From assembly GCA_963785305.1 (NCBI GenBank), contig CAWAUV010000007.1, forward strand, positions 2,080,001 through 2,144,000: 64,000 bases of DNA, read 5' to 3'. Position numbers and translations under genes: made by a program. Shown here one piece after another: positions 32,289-43,936 of this stretch; positions within the stretch are counted from its first letter, which is position 1; every line of letters begins with the position of its first letter. The notes beneath the pieces were generated by a model, which searched no databases, was not told the DNA's origin, and was given only the letters and a program-made list of their open reading frames with translations. Origin of the DNA: an uncultured Planctomycetaceae bacterium. GTDB lineage: Bacteria > Planctomycetota > Planctomycetia > Pirellulales > PALSA-1355.

Positions 32289-34469
32289 TCATCGCGGCGG
32301 CAGCGCGGCGCGAGAAGCCGTTTCGGCTGCCGAGGCGGTCGGGGTGGGAGTGGCAGCGACCGGACGGCGACCCAGGTCGGCGGGAGCGTTGATGTAGTCT
32401 TGGCCCACCGTATCCAGCGGCAGCGTTCCTGGGCCCACCGAGTGGCTTGCGTGGGGGCCATCGCCCAGGGCCGGGTCGGGCGATTCGCTCGGGAGCGGCG
32501 GCGGTCGCCAATCGGGCGGCGTCGCTGGAGAGTTCAACGGAAAGACCGGTTCCGACGACCGAGCCTCCGCCGCTCGCTCGACCGGCGGCAGCGGCCAGAC
32601 CGGTTCGCCGGCGCGGGGCGGAAGCGTGGCCAAATGCTCCAGCAGAATGCGCCGCACTTCGAGCACGCTCAGCGGGTGGCGTTGCACGAGGCTATGGTCG
32701 GCGTTGACCGTGATCTCGGAATCGGCGCCCTCGAGATGCGCGCTCGCATAGGGCACCACGCCATCGCCGCCGCCATCGGGCGGCGGCGCTTTCCCCTTCT
32801 CCGCCAAGACACCGATGATGCTGTGAACATGCAGGTCCTTGGCCCGCGGCGATTCGGCAAGCGCCGGAAAGATCGGGCAGCTTGGGCTCAAGGCGTCGAT
32901 GCTCGTGTAAATGTCGATCAGGTTCGGGCTATGGAAATACGAGGGGTTGTCGCGATGCAACTGCTGGCCGCCCGCCACCAACAACTTCGGCAGCGTGATC
33001 AGCTTATTGCCCAGCCATGCGGCCACATTGTTGGCATAGTCGGTTCCTCGATGCGGAGTGCTGATGAAGATCATTCGCCGCACCGACGGGTTCGGATGGA
33101 AGAAGTAGGTATCGGCGAGCGTTTGTTTGATTTCGTCGGAGGCCCGCAGGCGGTCGAAAGGTTCCTTGCTGATCGCCCGCCAATAGGCGTCGCCGCTTTC
33201 GACGCCTTGCAGCTCGGAGACGAGCCCGCCCATGCTGTGACCCACGAGCACGATCTGGTCGAAGGCCGGTTCGGCATGTTTCGGATCGGCCACTTGTCGC
33301 ACCCGCGCCAAATCGGCCCGGAGCTGCGCCGCGCTATACCAGAAAGGTTGCCCGGTCGGGTAGAGATAGAACCAGAACTGGAAGCGATTGCGAATCTCGG
33401 GCGAACTGCGGAGATCGTTGAACATTTCCATCCACGTGATCGGGCTCGACCACACGCCGTGGACCATGATCACGGGAATCTTGCCCGGCTGGTAGGGCTC
33501 GAGCATATAGAGGCCCTGGGCCTTTTCGGTCGCGTCGGGATGCAGGAATCCGCTGTACGAGGTATCGAGGTTTCGCAGTTTGGGTTGATTGAGCGCATAG
33601 GCGAGCGGCGTGCTGAGGTCGGTTTCCAGCGGCACCCGGCGGCCTTCGAATTCGATGCCCGAGGCGTTCAGGGGGTCGTAGAGCTCGAGTAGCGCCACAT
33701 GATGATTCGGCTTGCCGTCTTGATGCGGCACGATGCGCAAAAACGCCGTGACGGCAAAACTGAGCCCCTCAGGGTAGTAGCGTTCGATCGGCAGCGCCAC
33801 GGACTGCTTCTTCCGCACTCCGATCAGGGGCACCCCCAGGCCAAACGTGTGGTAGTGGTTCTGCAAACCCGTGACTTCGTAGTCGGTGACGAACTCGAAT
33901 CGCTCGAAATCCTCGGGTCGCCACGATTTGCCGCGCGAAACCATCGCCACTTCGATGGTTTGGTTGGCCGTGTGCAGGGTTTGATTCATGCCCGGGGCAA
34001 TGCCCTTGCTTTGCGTGATGCGCAGGCAATGCTCGAGCGCGCGATTATAAAGATCGCAGGCGCCGCGGAACTCGGGATCGTAGGGATTCGCCACGCGATG
34101 AAAGCGGTCGTCGAACAGATACAAATACGCATGCGTCACCGCGGCGGCGTAGAGCTCGAGCCCACGCTGCGGATCGCTCTCCTCGCAGTGTTTCGCTCCA
34201 AGGTAAGCGATCTCGGCGAGGGAGTAGATCTTGTCGGGCGTCGGCTCTCGGCGAATCAACTCGCTTAATTGCACGAGCAGTTCCGAGACATCGCCGGGCC
34301 AGAGATCGGCCAGGGCATTGCGACGCAGAAGAAGCAAGGTGCGTTCCGAAGGCTGTGGCTCCTCGACATGACGAACTCCGAGCCAGGAGCCGCCGCGCGG
34401 CGAGCGCATCGCGATCCAACCCGGCGCGGCGCAGCCCGCGAGACAAGCAAGCGCCAGCGCCATGAGCAA
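32289..34469 (-). CDS. Alpha/beta-hydrolase (lipase-like) lipoprotein
   Basis: LAGC lipobox, VHG, GHSMGG, TPHRG, GDGVV...SA, DH. Confidence 0.85.
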   Translation of the reverse strand: MLMALALACLAGCAAPGWIAMRSPRGGSWLGVRHVEEPQPSERTLLLLRRNALADLWPGDVSELLVQLSELIRREPTPDKIYSLAEIAYLGAKHCEESDPQRGLELYAAAVTHAYLYLFDDRFHRVANPYDPEFRGACDLYNRALEHCLRITQSKGIAPGMNQTLHTANQTIEVAMVSRGKSWRPEDFERFEFVTDYEVTGLQNHYHTFGLGVPLIGVRKKQSVALPIERYYPEGLSFAVTAFLRIVPHQDGKPNHHVALLELYDPLNASGIEFEGRRVPLETDLSTPLAYALNQPKLRNLDTSYSGFLHPDATEKAQGLYMLEPYQPGKIPVIMVHGVWSSPITWMEMFNDLRSSPEIRNRFQFWFYLYPTGQPFWYSAAQLRADLARVRQVADPKHAEPAFDQIVLVGHSMGGLVSELQGVESGDAYWRAISKEPFDRLRASDEIKQTLADTYFFHPNPSVRRMIFISTPHRGTDYANNVAAWLGNKLITLPKLLVAGGQQLHRDNPSYFHSPNLIDIYTSIDALSPSCPIFPALAESPRAKDLHVHSIIGVLAEKGKAPPPDGGGDGVVPYASAHLEGADSEITVNADHSLVQRHPLSVLEVRRILLEHLATLPPRAGEPVWPLPPVERAAEARSSEPVFPLNSPATPPDWRPPPLPSESPDPALGDGPHASHSVGPGTLPLDTVGQDYINAPADLGRRPVAATPTPTASAAETASRAALPPR

Positions 34470-34906
34470 CGACGTTTGGCCGCCGCGAATGCGCCGAGCC
34501 GCGCGCGAGGCGCACCGTCGCCGACCCTGGCGCGCGCCGGTGAGGCGGCGCTGCCGGTCGGATGCTCGAGATTGCGAATCGGTGTCGGCAGGTTCACGTT
34601 GCGATCACAATGAGGGCGCGTGTCGCGCGCGACGGCGGATACGCGTTTGGGGAACTAGATCGCCGAGGTCTTGCGTCGGGGTGGCGCGGGCCGATACAAA
34701 AAGCCTAGCGCCCCGGCTGGAACAATAAGCGTCTCTTCGGGCGCCGGCAACGCCGGTTTGCGCGATTCCCGCCAGCGCCAGCGGGTCTGGCGCTGGCGCG
34801 GGTTGTTTCGAGTGGCGCCGCCAAACGAACTGCTATCGCCGGCATTGCTAGCCCGAAACTCGCGGCGCGTCGAACCAGCAACGCTCATGTCTCGTGGGGT
34901 GAATTC

Positions 34907-36053
34907 GTGACTCGCGGCGACGATACTCCCGAACCACGGCTGGCGATTCATGGCGGCGAGCCGATGTTTCCCCACGGCCCACCCGTCTGGCCGCGGCCCG
35001 AACCATCGATCCATGCGGCGCTCGAACAGGCGTGGCTCGACGGGGCTTGGGGCCGCTATCAGAGCGACTACGGCGAGCGCTTGACTGCGCGCTCGCCGAA
35101 CGACATCAGGTCCCCCACGCAATCGCTTGCTGCTCGGGAACATTCGCGGTCGAACTGGCCCTGCGCGGGCTGGGAATCAGAGCGGGCGACGAAGTGGCGC
35201 TGGCCGGATACGATTTTCCCGGCAACTTCCGTGCGATCGAAGCCACGGGCGCCACGCCCGTGCTATTCGACCTGGCGGCCCACGACTGGACACCCGACCT
35301 CGAGCAAATCGGCGAAGCCCTGCGATCGGGCGCCAAGGCGATTCTCGTGTCGCATCTGCATGGCTCGCTCGTCGACATGCCGCGACTGCGCGAACTGGCC
35401 GATGCGCACGGCGCCGCGATCATCGAAGACGCATGTCAGGCGCCGGGAGCGATTGTGGCGGGCCGGCCAGCCGGCGCATGGGGCGATGTGGGCGTGCTCA
35501 GCTTTGGAGGCAGCAAACTCGTGACTGCCGGCCGCGGCGGGGCGATTCTCACTCGCGATCCCGTCGTCCACCAGCGGGCCAAGGTCTTTGTCGAGCGAGG
35601 CAATCACGCGTTTCCACTTCCCGAGCTTGCGGCGGCCTTGCTTTTGCCGCAGTGGGAAGCGCTCGAGGCAAATAACCAACGGCGGCGACAATCGGTCGCC
35701 CTCGTGCGCGAGGCGCTGCGGGATGTGATGGCGCTGCGTTCGCGCCCGACCCATCGCCGTCGCTGGCCAGTTTCTACAAACTCGGCTGCTTTTACGAACC
35801 AACTCCGGACCGCCAATTCGACGTCGATGGCTTTACGCTGGCCGCGCGAGCCGAAGGCGTGGCGCTCGACCGGGGATTTCGCGGTTTTTGGCGCCGCGGC
35901 CGTGGCCGCTGCCGACGTGTTGGCGATTTGCCCCACAGCCGACGCGCCGCCGAGCAAACGCTCGTGCTCCATCATCCCGCCTTGCTCGAATCGCCCGACT
36001 ATGTGCGCCAGGTGGCGATGGCAATTCGCAAGGTGGCGCGTTGGCTCGGCTGA
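34907..36053 (+). CDS. DegT/DnrJ/EryC1/StrS aminotransferase (frameshifts near 35085 and 35745)
   Basis: CSGT, IIEDACQAPGA, SFGGSKLVTAGRGG. Confidence 0.85.
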
Positions 36054-36071
36054 TATCGCGATGGCTCGCGA

Positions 36072-36422
36072 TCAGCGCGGCTTTACCGCCAAGGACGCGA
36101 GCGACAGCGAACCGCCGAGCACCACGGGGGCTCGCTCGGGCGCGAGACGCGTCAGGTTCGTTGGGCCGGCGTCGGCGATGGTTTTCTGGTTGGCGTCGCG
36201 AGCCGTGGCGTCGGGTGTCGAACTGCCGGAGTTCATGGTGGGCGAGGCGACGTCTCGTGACGGGTCGGCGGGAAACAGTTCCAGCTCGCCGCGCACGATC
36301 CGCACTTGGGGCGGCGCTTCGATACCGAACGTCACGCGTTGCCCAGCCACGCGCTTCACGACCACGACGATTCCATCGCCGATGATCACCCGTTCGCCGA
36401 CTTTTCTACTTAGAACTAGCAT
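36072..36422 (-). CDS. csrA: Carbon storage regulator with a C-terminal extension
   Basis: MLVLSRKVGERVIIG...GIEAP...IVRGEL. Confidence 0.9.
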   Translation of the reverse strand: MLVLSRKVGERVIIGDGIVVVVKRVAGQRVTFGIEAPPQVRIVRGELELFPADPSRDVASPTMNSGSSTPDATARDANQKTIADAGPTNLTRLAPERAPVVLGGSLSLASLAVKPR

Positions 36423-37149
36423 CCTAGCGATCTCCCTGCGTCTTCAGTTCCCGAGGAAATTTGCGGTATGCGTCACACTGCGGAAGATGCAACATGCAAA
36501 GCCGGCGCCGAACAAATTGGACTTGAGAAATTCGCCCAGGGAAGCTGAAAAACGCGAATTTTCACGATCCAAACCACAATCCATCGGCCCTATGCCTCAA
36601 AACCGCCGCGACGATCGCGATTGTTTTTCTGTCTCATTTTAAGACACGCGCCTTGTTTCGAGACATTACAGCCGCTTGTTCCGGGACCGAAATTCGCCTC
36701 CGCCCCCAATGAAAACATAGTTCATGCGCCGATCGCAGTTTGCCGCAACCGCGCGAAAGAGCCGCCGCGCCAGCCGGGCTAAGCCGAATGAGCATGCGGC
36801 GCGACGAGCGATCGAAGGTTCAGACAATGCTCATTCCGTGCCTTTCAGCGCGTTTCCACGGCCCAACTCTGTTCGCCCACGTCGGAATCGACTTGCCCGC
36901 CGATCCTTGCGGCGTTGCGTGCATACAGCAACCGTTGTTCAAAACGTAAAGCGGAGCGTGTCGGCGACAATTTCGCCCCTAATTCGCTAAGAATTTTCGC
37001 GGCGGCGTTGAACTCCAGCTCCGCGGCCCTCCCAACGCCCCGCCTCGGGATTTAGAATGCCCGAACTGTCGGATCGTGCCATGCTTGACGCCCCACTGGG
37101 GAATGCGTCGTGGCGATCGCTCTCCTCGTGTCGAAAGGCCCTTGCCGCC

Positions 37150-38340
37150 ATGTCGCGACTCAGCCCGCCCTCCGATTCATCAACGCTCGCGTCACGACCG
37201 GCAAAACCGGAGCTGGTCGATGTCGCGGCCTGTCGCGCTCGCCAGCGCCGACTGTTGGACGTGATGCGCGACCAGCGGCTCGACCTCGCGATCGTCGGGC
37301 GGATCGAACATGTGCAGTATCTCGTCGGCCCTCGCTATCCGGCGACCTATTCGCCGCTAACGCTGCTCACGAGCGAAGGCGAGGCGGCGCTGGTGGCGCC
37401 AAATCAGCCGCCCGAGCGCTCGGCCGCCGACACGATCGTCACTTACGAAGCCCAGTGGCTATGCACGCTGCGCAACGACCAAGCCCTCGCGGCGGCCGAA
37501 GCGCTCGCTAGCGCGAAGAGCGGCGCAGGCGCGCCGGGCGGACGCTCGCTCTTGGAAGGAGCGCGGCGCGTGGGGGTCGAGTTTTCAACCTGCTCGCCCG
37601 CCGTCGTGGCCCGGCTCGGCGCGGGCGTCGAGCTTGTCGATATCGAGCCCTCGCTCTATCGCATGCGTCGCAAGAAAGACCCCGATGAACTGGCCAAGCT
37701 CAAAGTGGCTATCGCCGGGACTGCCGCCATGCACGCTCGGGCACGCGAGATCATTGCTCCAGGCGTCAACGAGTTAATCGTCTTCAGCGAGTTGCAAGCC
37801 GCGGCAGTGCGAACCTATGGCGAAATGCTCACCGGCACGGGCAACGACTACGCCTGCGGGGCGCCGGGCGGACCGCCCCGCGATCGGAAAATCGAAGCGG
37901 GCGAGCTCTATATTTTGGACCTGGGCCCTGCCTTTCAAGGCTATTTCGCCGACAACACGCGAGTGTTCGCCGTCGATGGCCGCCCCTCGGCGGCGCAGCA
38001 GCATGCTTGGCGGAGCATATTGCCGGTGTTCGAGCTCGTCGAAAACTTCGTGCGGCCTGGAGCGAGCTGCCGCGAGCTGTTCTTCGAGGCCAAGGCCCTA
38101 CTCGACAAAAGCGGCGCCGGGAAATTCGAGCACCATCTGGGCCACGGTATCGGCCTCTATCCGCACGAAGCCCCGCACCTCAACTCCCAGTGGGACGATA
38201 CCTTTCAGGTCGGCGAAGTATTCGCCGTCGAACCGGGGCTCTACGCGCCGGAACTTCGGGCGGGCATCCGCTTGGAAAACAACTACCTGGTGACCGACAA
38301 GGGCGTGGAACTACTGACGCCGTTTCCAATGGAACTTTGA
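37150..38340 (+). CDS. Xaa-Pro peptidase (M24)
   Basis: LDLG...YFADNTR, HHLGHGIG, HEAP, AVEPGLY, IRLENN. Confidence 0.9.
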   Translation: MSRLSPPSDSSTLASRPAKPELVDVAACRARQRRLLDVMRDQRLDLAIVGRIEHVQYLVGPRYPATYSPLTLLTSEGEAALVAPNQPPERSAADTIVTYEAQWLCTLRNDQALAAAEALASAKSGAGAPGGRSLLEGARRVGVEFSTCSPAVVARLGAGVELVDIEPSLYRMRRKKDPDELAKLKVAIAGTAAMHARAREIIAPGVNELIVFSELQAAAVRTYGEMLTGTGNDYACGAPGGPPRDRKIEAGELYILDLGPAFQGYFADNTRVFAVDGRPSAAQQHAWRSILPVFELVENFVRPGASCRELFFEAKALLDKSGAGKFEHHLGHGIGLYPHEAPHLNSQWDDTFQVGEVFAVEPGLYAPELRAGIRLENNYLVTDKGVELLTPFPMEL

Positions 38341-38378
38341 ATTTCGGTCGCATAAGCAACCAAGGGAGCGCCAACCCG

Positions 38379-40484
38379 ATGGCCAACCGGCGTCGATCGA
38401 TTGTCCGACCAACTTGGGGCATGCGGCCCTTGATATTCAGCGCCTTAATGCTAACCCTCGCGCTCGTGACTGGGCTTGCGATGGCGGCGCCCGCCGAGCG
38501 GTCGCGCGTGGTTGCCCAGGGATTGAATCATCCCTGGAGTGTGTGCCTGGGTTTCAAAGACCGGCTCTTCGCGACCGAGATCGGGGCTCGGCTGGGCGAC
38601 GACTCCGATGGGCGAGTGGTGGTGATCGACGATGGCCGTCCGGTCGCGTTTGCCACCGGACTTCGCGACCCGCGCGGCATGGTCTACTATCGCGACACGC
38701 TGTTCGTGGTCGATGGGCGAAAGATCGTCAAGATCGACGAGGCCGGCCATGCGACCGATTACATGGTCGAGGCCAACTTTCCCTCGCCGCCGCAATCGCT
38801 TCGCGATATCGCCGTTGATCGCCGCAATGGCATTTTTCTGCTGAGCGACCACGGTGACGCGAGCCACGCGAAAACGGCGATTTATCGTGTTGATATCCGA
38901 CTAAACACGATCGAATCGCTTCTCGACGAGCCGACGGCCGCAATGCCGAACAGCGAGATCGGAATTCCGCGCGGCTTGAACTTCGAGTGCGACACGTTCG
39001 CGGCGCTGGCCCGGGGCGGCAAAGATGGCTTGCTCCACATTCGTTTGGCCGATCATGCGACCGTGCCATTTGCCCCGGGCATCGAAGAGCCGGAGTCGAT
39101 GGTCTGGGACCACGAGGGGCGTCTTTTTGTCACCCGCGGCAAGAGCGGCGCCGTGGTGGCGATTCCGCGGCCCGGCGAGCGGCCGGTGAAAGTCGCCGGC
39201 GGTTTGAGCTATGCCGCCGGCGCGTGTCTCGATGTGCCCGGCAAGAAACTCAACGTGGTCGACGCCAAGGCCGGCAAGATCGTGGCCGTTTCCACCACCA
39301 TCCCCGGCTGGGAGGTCGATGATTCTCCGCTTCCCATCGAGCCGAAGCCCGCCTTCACCCAGCTCGAATGGACCGGCTGGGATAGCGGGGCCGAGAGCGG
39401 CAAAGTTTCGCCGTTACGGCCGATTGTGTTGACCGCCGCGGGCGACAAGTCGAATCGGCTGTTCGTGGCGACCCAGCAAGGCGTCGTCCATGTGTTCGAC
39501 AATAGCGACTCCGCGGCGAAGACCCAAGTCGTGCTCGATATCTCCGACCGCGTGCGTTACAGCGATATGGAAAACGAAGAGGGGTTGCTCGGCCTGGCCT
39601 TGCATCCCAAGTTCGCGAGCAATGGCGAATTCTTTGTTTTCTACACCACTTCCAAGGCTCCGCTCACGAATATCGTGTCGCGATTTCGCATGCGAGCCGG
39701 CAGCCCGGGCACGGCCGACCCGGCCTCGGAAGAGCAACTTCTACGCATCGAGAAGCCCTATTGGAACCACGATGGCGGCTCCCTTGTGTTTGGACCCGAC
39801 GGGTATCTTTACATTTCACATGGCGATGGCGGGCTGGCCAACGATCCTCGCGAAAACGGACAAAACCTGGCCACGCTGCTCGGCAAAGTCCTGCGCATCG
39901 ATGTCGACAAGCGCTCCGCCGACAAGCCCTATGCGATTCCTTCCGACAATCCGTTCGTGAAACAGCCGAACGCCGCTCCGGAAGTTTGGGCCTATGGCCT
40001 GCGCAATGTGTGGCGCATGGCGTTTGATCGCCAGACCGGCGCGCTCTGGGCCGGCGACGTGGGGCAAAACCTGTTCGAGGAAATCGATATCCTCACCGCT
40101 GGGGGCAACTATGGCTGGAGCCTCCGCGAGTCGCTCCATCCGTTTGGCGCCAAAGGCGTCGATGCGCGGCCCGACCTGATCGACCCCATCTGGGAATACG
40201 ACCACGACCTCGGCAAGTCGATCACCGGCGGCTTGGTCTATCGTGGCAAGCGTTTGCCGGGGCTCACCGGCGCATATATCTACGCCGACTATGTGACCGC
40301 CCGGCTCTGGGCCCTGCGCTATGACCCGAAAGAGCGGCGCGTCGTGGCGAACCACCCGCTGAAGAATCCGGGCTTGGCCATTATGTCGTTTGGCGAAGAC
40401 GCCGATGGCGAAATCTACCTGCTCTCGGCCGCGCTCGATGGCCGCGGCATACACCGGCTGGACGTGTCCACCGAAGCAAAGTGA
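38379..40484 (+). CDS. PQQ-dependent sugar dehydrogenase family protein with an extra N-terminal beta-propeller
   Basis: EEGLLGLALHP, NHDGG, GDGG, YGLRNVWR, GDVGQ, GGNYGW; signal peptide. Confidence 0.88.
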   Translation: MANRRRSIVRPTWGMRPLIFSALMLTLALVTGLAMAAPAERSRVVAQGLNHPWSVCLGFKDRLFATEIGARLGDDSDGRVVVIDDGRPVAFATGLRDPRGMVYYRDTLFVVDGRKIVKIDEAGHATDYMVEANFPSPPQSLRDIAVDRRNGIFLLSDHGDASHAKTAIYRVDIRLNTIESLLDEPTAAMPNSEIGIPRGLNFECDTFAALARGGKDGLLHIRLADHATVPFAPGIEEPESMVWDHEGRLFVTRGKSGAVVAIPRPGERPVKVAGGLSYAAGACLDVPGKKLNVVDAKAGKIVAVSTTIPGWEVDDSPLPIEPKPAFTQLEWTGWDSGAESGKVSPLRPIVLTAAGDKSNRLFVATQQGVVHVFDNSDSAAKTQVVLDISDRVRYSDMENEEGLLGLALHPKFASNGEFFVFYTTSKAPLTNIVSRFRMRAGSPGTADPASEEQLLRIEKPYWNHDGGSLVFGPDGYLYISHGDGGLANDPRENGQNLATLLGKVLRIDVDKRSADKPYAIPSDNPFVKQPNAAPEVWAYGLRNVWRMAFDRQTGALWAGDVGQNLFEEIDILTAGGNYGWSLRESLHPFGAKGVDARPDLIDPIWEYDHDLGKSITGGLVYRGKRLPGLTGAYIYADYVTARLWALRYDPKERRVVANHPLKNPGLAIMSFGEDADGEIYLLSAALDGRGIHRLDVSTEAK

Positions 40485-40769
40485 AATAAAATGAATCAAA
40501 TCGCCGCGAGCGCATTGCGCAATGCAACAATTTTTCCGGGCGCACACATTTGACCGAATGCAGCGGCTAGTCAAAATATTATAGAGCGGCGGCGACCTTC
40601 GGATCGAATAAACACGTAATGAAATTAGGCCGCTCCAGAGTTCCACGGCCTACTTCGAGCGGTCGCAAGGATGCGAGGCATTTGCCGTCATGAACGGCTG
40701 TCGTGGGGAAGGCGGCTGCCTAACCGGAACGGGCAGCAGCGCCGTGGCGACAAGCGAGAGGCGCCAATC

Positions 40770-41234
40770 GTGTCGAACTTGCAATGTTTTCAAATTGATT
40801 TCCACGCGCCGCCGGCCACGGTGGGGGCCGACCAAGGCGCAACCGCGGGGCCGCCTGCCGCGGCGCGGCCCGTTTCGATCCTGTTGATCGACGCTCCGCG
40901 CGAGACGCCGAGCGAGCTGATCGAAATTCTCGAACAGGCCGGCTATGCATGTATTTCGGCCGGCGGTCTGGAAGAGGCTCGCCGGTGCGTGCGGATCGAT
41001 CGGCCCACGATGGTGATCGCCGACCTGAACCTCAGCGGCGCGAGCGGCGTGGCGCTTTGTGAGAGCCTGCTTCGCGAGGAAGAACTACAGGCGCCGGTCG
41101 TTTATCTCTCGGGCACGCAGATTCCGCACATCATTCGCCGCAGCCACGCCGGCGGCTGCGCCTATCACCTGCGGAAGCCGTTCGACCCCGAAGTGCTGCT
41201 GGCGCTCGCCCGAATCGTGCATGCGCCGGTCTAG
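40770..41234 (+). CDS. Single-domain response regulator
   Basis: VIADLNL (phosphoacceptor Asp), YLSG, LRKPF. Confidence 0.75.
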   Translation: MSNLQCFQIDFHAPPATVGADQGATAGPPAAARPVSILLIDAPRETPSELIEILEQAGYACISAGGLEEARRCVRIDRPTMVIADLNLSGASGVALCESLLREEELQAPVVYLSGTQIPHIIRRSHAGGCAYHLRKPFDPEVLLALARIVHAPV

Positions 41235-41377
41235 CGCTCCGTCCCTTGAACCGGCAGCTAGGACCACCCTCTCTCCCTTCGGGAAACGGGTGAGCGCCGC
41301 ATCGCCTTGGCCCGCTCGTTACAATGCTTGAGCGTTGTTCCTTCGAGCAAATCAGTCAGGGCGAAAGGCGCGTGGGC

Positions 41378-43752
41378 GTGGCAATCGATCCGATTTGCGG
41401 CATGACGGTCGATGAGGCGTCGGCCCGGAGCGCCGAGCGCAACGGCGCGAAGTTTTATTTCTGCGGCGAAAGCTGTCGGCGGAAATTTCTGGCCGGCGGT
41501 GTCGCTCCCGTGCCCCACGGCCAGCCGGCGATGCGCTCCGTCGCGCCGCCCGGGCCCCTTGTGCAGCTCGGCGTCGCCCCGCGGGAGCCAATGTCCAACA
41601 GCCATTCCGCGCCGGCGGGCGGCCCCGCGCGGCGAGTGAAGTATATCTGCCCGATGGACCCGGAAGTCGAAAGCGATGTTCCGGGAATCTGCCCCAAGTG
41701 CGGCATGGCGCTCGAGCCCGGCTTTCCCACGGCCGACGAAGACGAGGATCCCGAGCTGCGCGATATGAGCCGCAGGTTTTGGGCCGCCCTGGCCTTGAGC
41801 ATTCCGCTTGTGCTGCTCGCCATGGGGCCCATGGTCGGCCTCGGAGCCGATCGCTGGCTCGGGGCGCGAGCCCAAGCCTGGCTGCAACTGGCGCTGGCCA
41901 CGCCGGTCGTGCTCTGGGCCGGCTGGCCGTTTTTCGAGCGCGGCTGGCGCTCGATCATCAATCGGCGCCTCAACATGTTCACGCTCATCGCCCTCGGCGC
42001 CGGAGCGGCGTATCTCTATAGCGTGGTGGCGACGCTTTTTCCCGACAGCCTGCCAAGCGGCTTGCGCCACGAAGGCCGAGCCGAAGTGTATTTCGAGGCC
42101 GCGGCCGTGATCATCACCTTGGTGCTCATGGGCCAAGTGCTGGAGCTGCGCGCCGCCGCCGCGCCGGCGCCGCCATTCGCGAGCTGCTCTCGCTGGCCCC
42201 GCCGGTGGCGCATCGGGTGGTCGATGGGCAAGAAACGGACACGCCGGCCGCCGGGGTTCGCGTGGGCGATGTGCTGCGAGTGCGGCCCGGCGAAAAGATT
42301 CCGGTCGATGGCGTGGTGGTCGAAGGTCGCGGCGAGGTCGATGAGTCGATGCTCACCGGCGAGCCGATGCCGGTGGAAAAACGGCCCGGCGAATCGCTCG
42401 TCGGCGGTTCGATGAACGGAACAGGCTCGCTGCTCATGAAGGCCCAGCGAGTGGGCGACGAAACCTTGCTCGCGCGGATCGTGGTCCTCGTGGCCGAAGC
42501 GCAGCGCAGCCGGGCGCCGATCCAAAAAATCGCCGACGTCGCCGCCAGCTACTTCGTGCCCGCCGTGATCGCGGCGTCCGGAGTCACATTCGCCGTGTGG
42601 GCCCTGGCGGTTCATCGACCCGACGCGCTGGCTTGGGCCCTCGTCAATTCCGTGGCGGTGTTGATTATCGCCTGCCCCTGCGCGCTCGGGCTCGCCACGC
42701 CGATGTCGATCGTCGTGGGCATCGGCCGCGGCGCCAAGGCGGGCCTGCTCATTAAAAACGCCGAAACCCTCGAAGCGCTCGAAAAAATCGATACCGTGGT
42801 CGTCGACAAAACCGGCACGCTCACCGAAGGCCGACCCCGGGTGACCCAGATCATCACGCTCGCGCCCCACGAAGAGTCCGAACTGCTTGCCCTGGCCGCC
42901 GCCGTCGAACAGCCGAGCGAACATCCGCTTGGTCGGGCAATCGTCGGAGCGGCGCACGACCGAAGTCTCGCAATCCAACCCGCCGATGATTTTCAGTCGT
43001 TTCCCGGCGGCGGGGTCACGGGCCGAGTCGCCGGAAAGCGCGTCGTGGTCGGCAATGCGGCGTTGCTGGCCGAGCAGGGAGCACGGAACATCCCGTCGCT
43101 CGATGCGCTGGCCGAACCGCTCCGGCGCCAAGGTCACACCGTGACCCAGATCGCGGTCGATGGGCAACTTGCCGGCCTCGTCGCAATCGCCGATCCGATC
43201 AAATCGACCACGCGCGACGCGGTGCGAAGCCTGCACTCGCTAGGCCTGCGCGTGGTGATGTTCACGGGCGATAACCCTCGAACCGCGCGCGAGGTCGCCG
43301 ACTCGCTCGGCATCGACGAATTTTCCGCGGGCATGTCGCCCGCGGAGAAGCATGCGGGCATCGCGCGGCTACGGTCCGCCGGGCGCAAGGTGGCGATGGC
43401 CGGCGATGGAGTGAACGACGCCCCGGCCTTGGCGGCGGCCGATGTGGGCATCGCCATCGGCGCTGGAACCGATGTGGCGATCGCTTCGGCCGGCGTGACG
43501 CTCGTGGGCGGCGATTTGCGGGGCATCGTGCGCTCGCTACGGCTGAGCCGGGGCGTGATGCGCAATATTCGCCAGAACATTTTCTTCGCGCTGGTTTACA
43601 ATGCGATCGGAGTGCCGATCGCGGCCGGGGCGCTGTATCCACTTTCGGAGCACCTGCTGCTGAACCCGATGCTGGCGGCGGCGGCCATGAGCTTGAGCTC
43701 GGTGTCGGTCGTGGGCAACTCGCTCCGACTGCGCGGCCTCAAGCTCGGCTGA
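41378..43752 (+). CDS. copA: Cu(+)/Ag(+) P1B-type ATPase with YHS and heavy-metal-binding domains (frameshift near 42160)
   Basis: DPICGM...FC..C, CPMDP...CPKCGM, TGE, CPC, DKTGT, SEHP, GDGVND, YN and MSLSS. Confidence 0.92.
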
Positions 43753-43872
43753 TTCGTGGCGCCCACCAAGCCCGCCCTCATCCCAAGGGGAGCTTTGCGC
43801 GGAAAGCCCTTTCCGCAAAATAAATCAGCGTCTGGCACAAATAGCCGTGCCCTGTAAATTCGATGCGGCAAC

Positions 43873-43910
43873 AAAAAACCATCGCTCGATCGAGGCCGAG
43901 CGATGGTTTT
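43873..43910 (-). terminator. Intrinsic terminator between the convergent copA and vapD
   Basis: 14-bp stem AAAACCATCGCTCG / CGAGCGATGGTTTT with a T-run on the minus strand. Confidence 0.7.
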
Positions 43911-43936
43911 CGACGATTGACGGATTGCGGAACGGT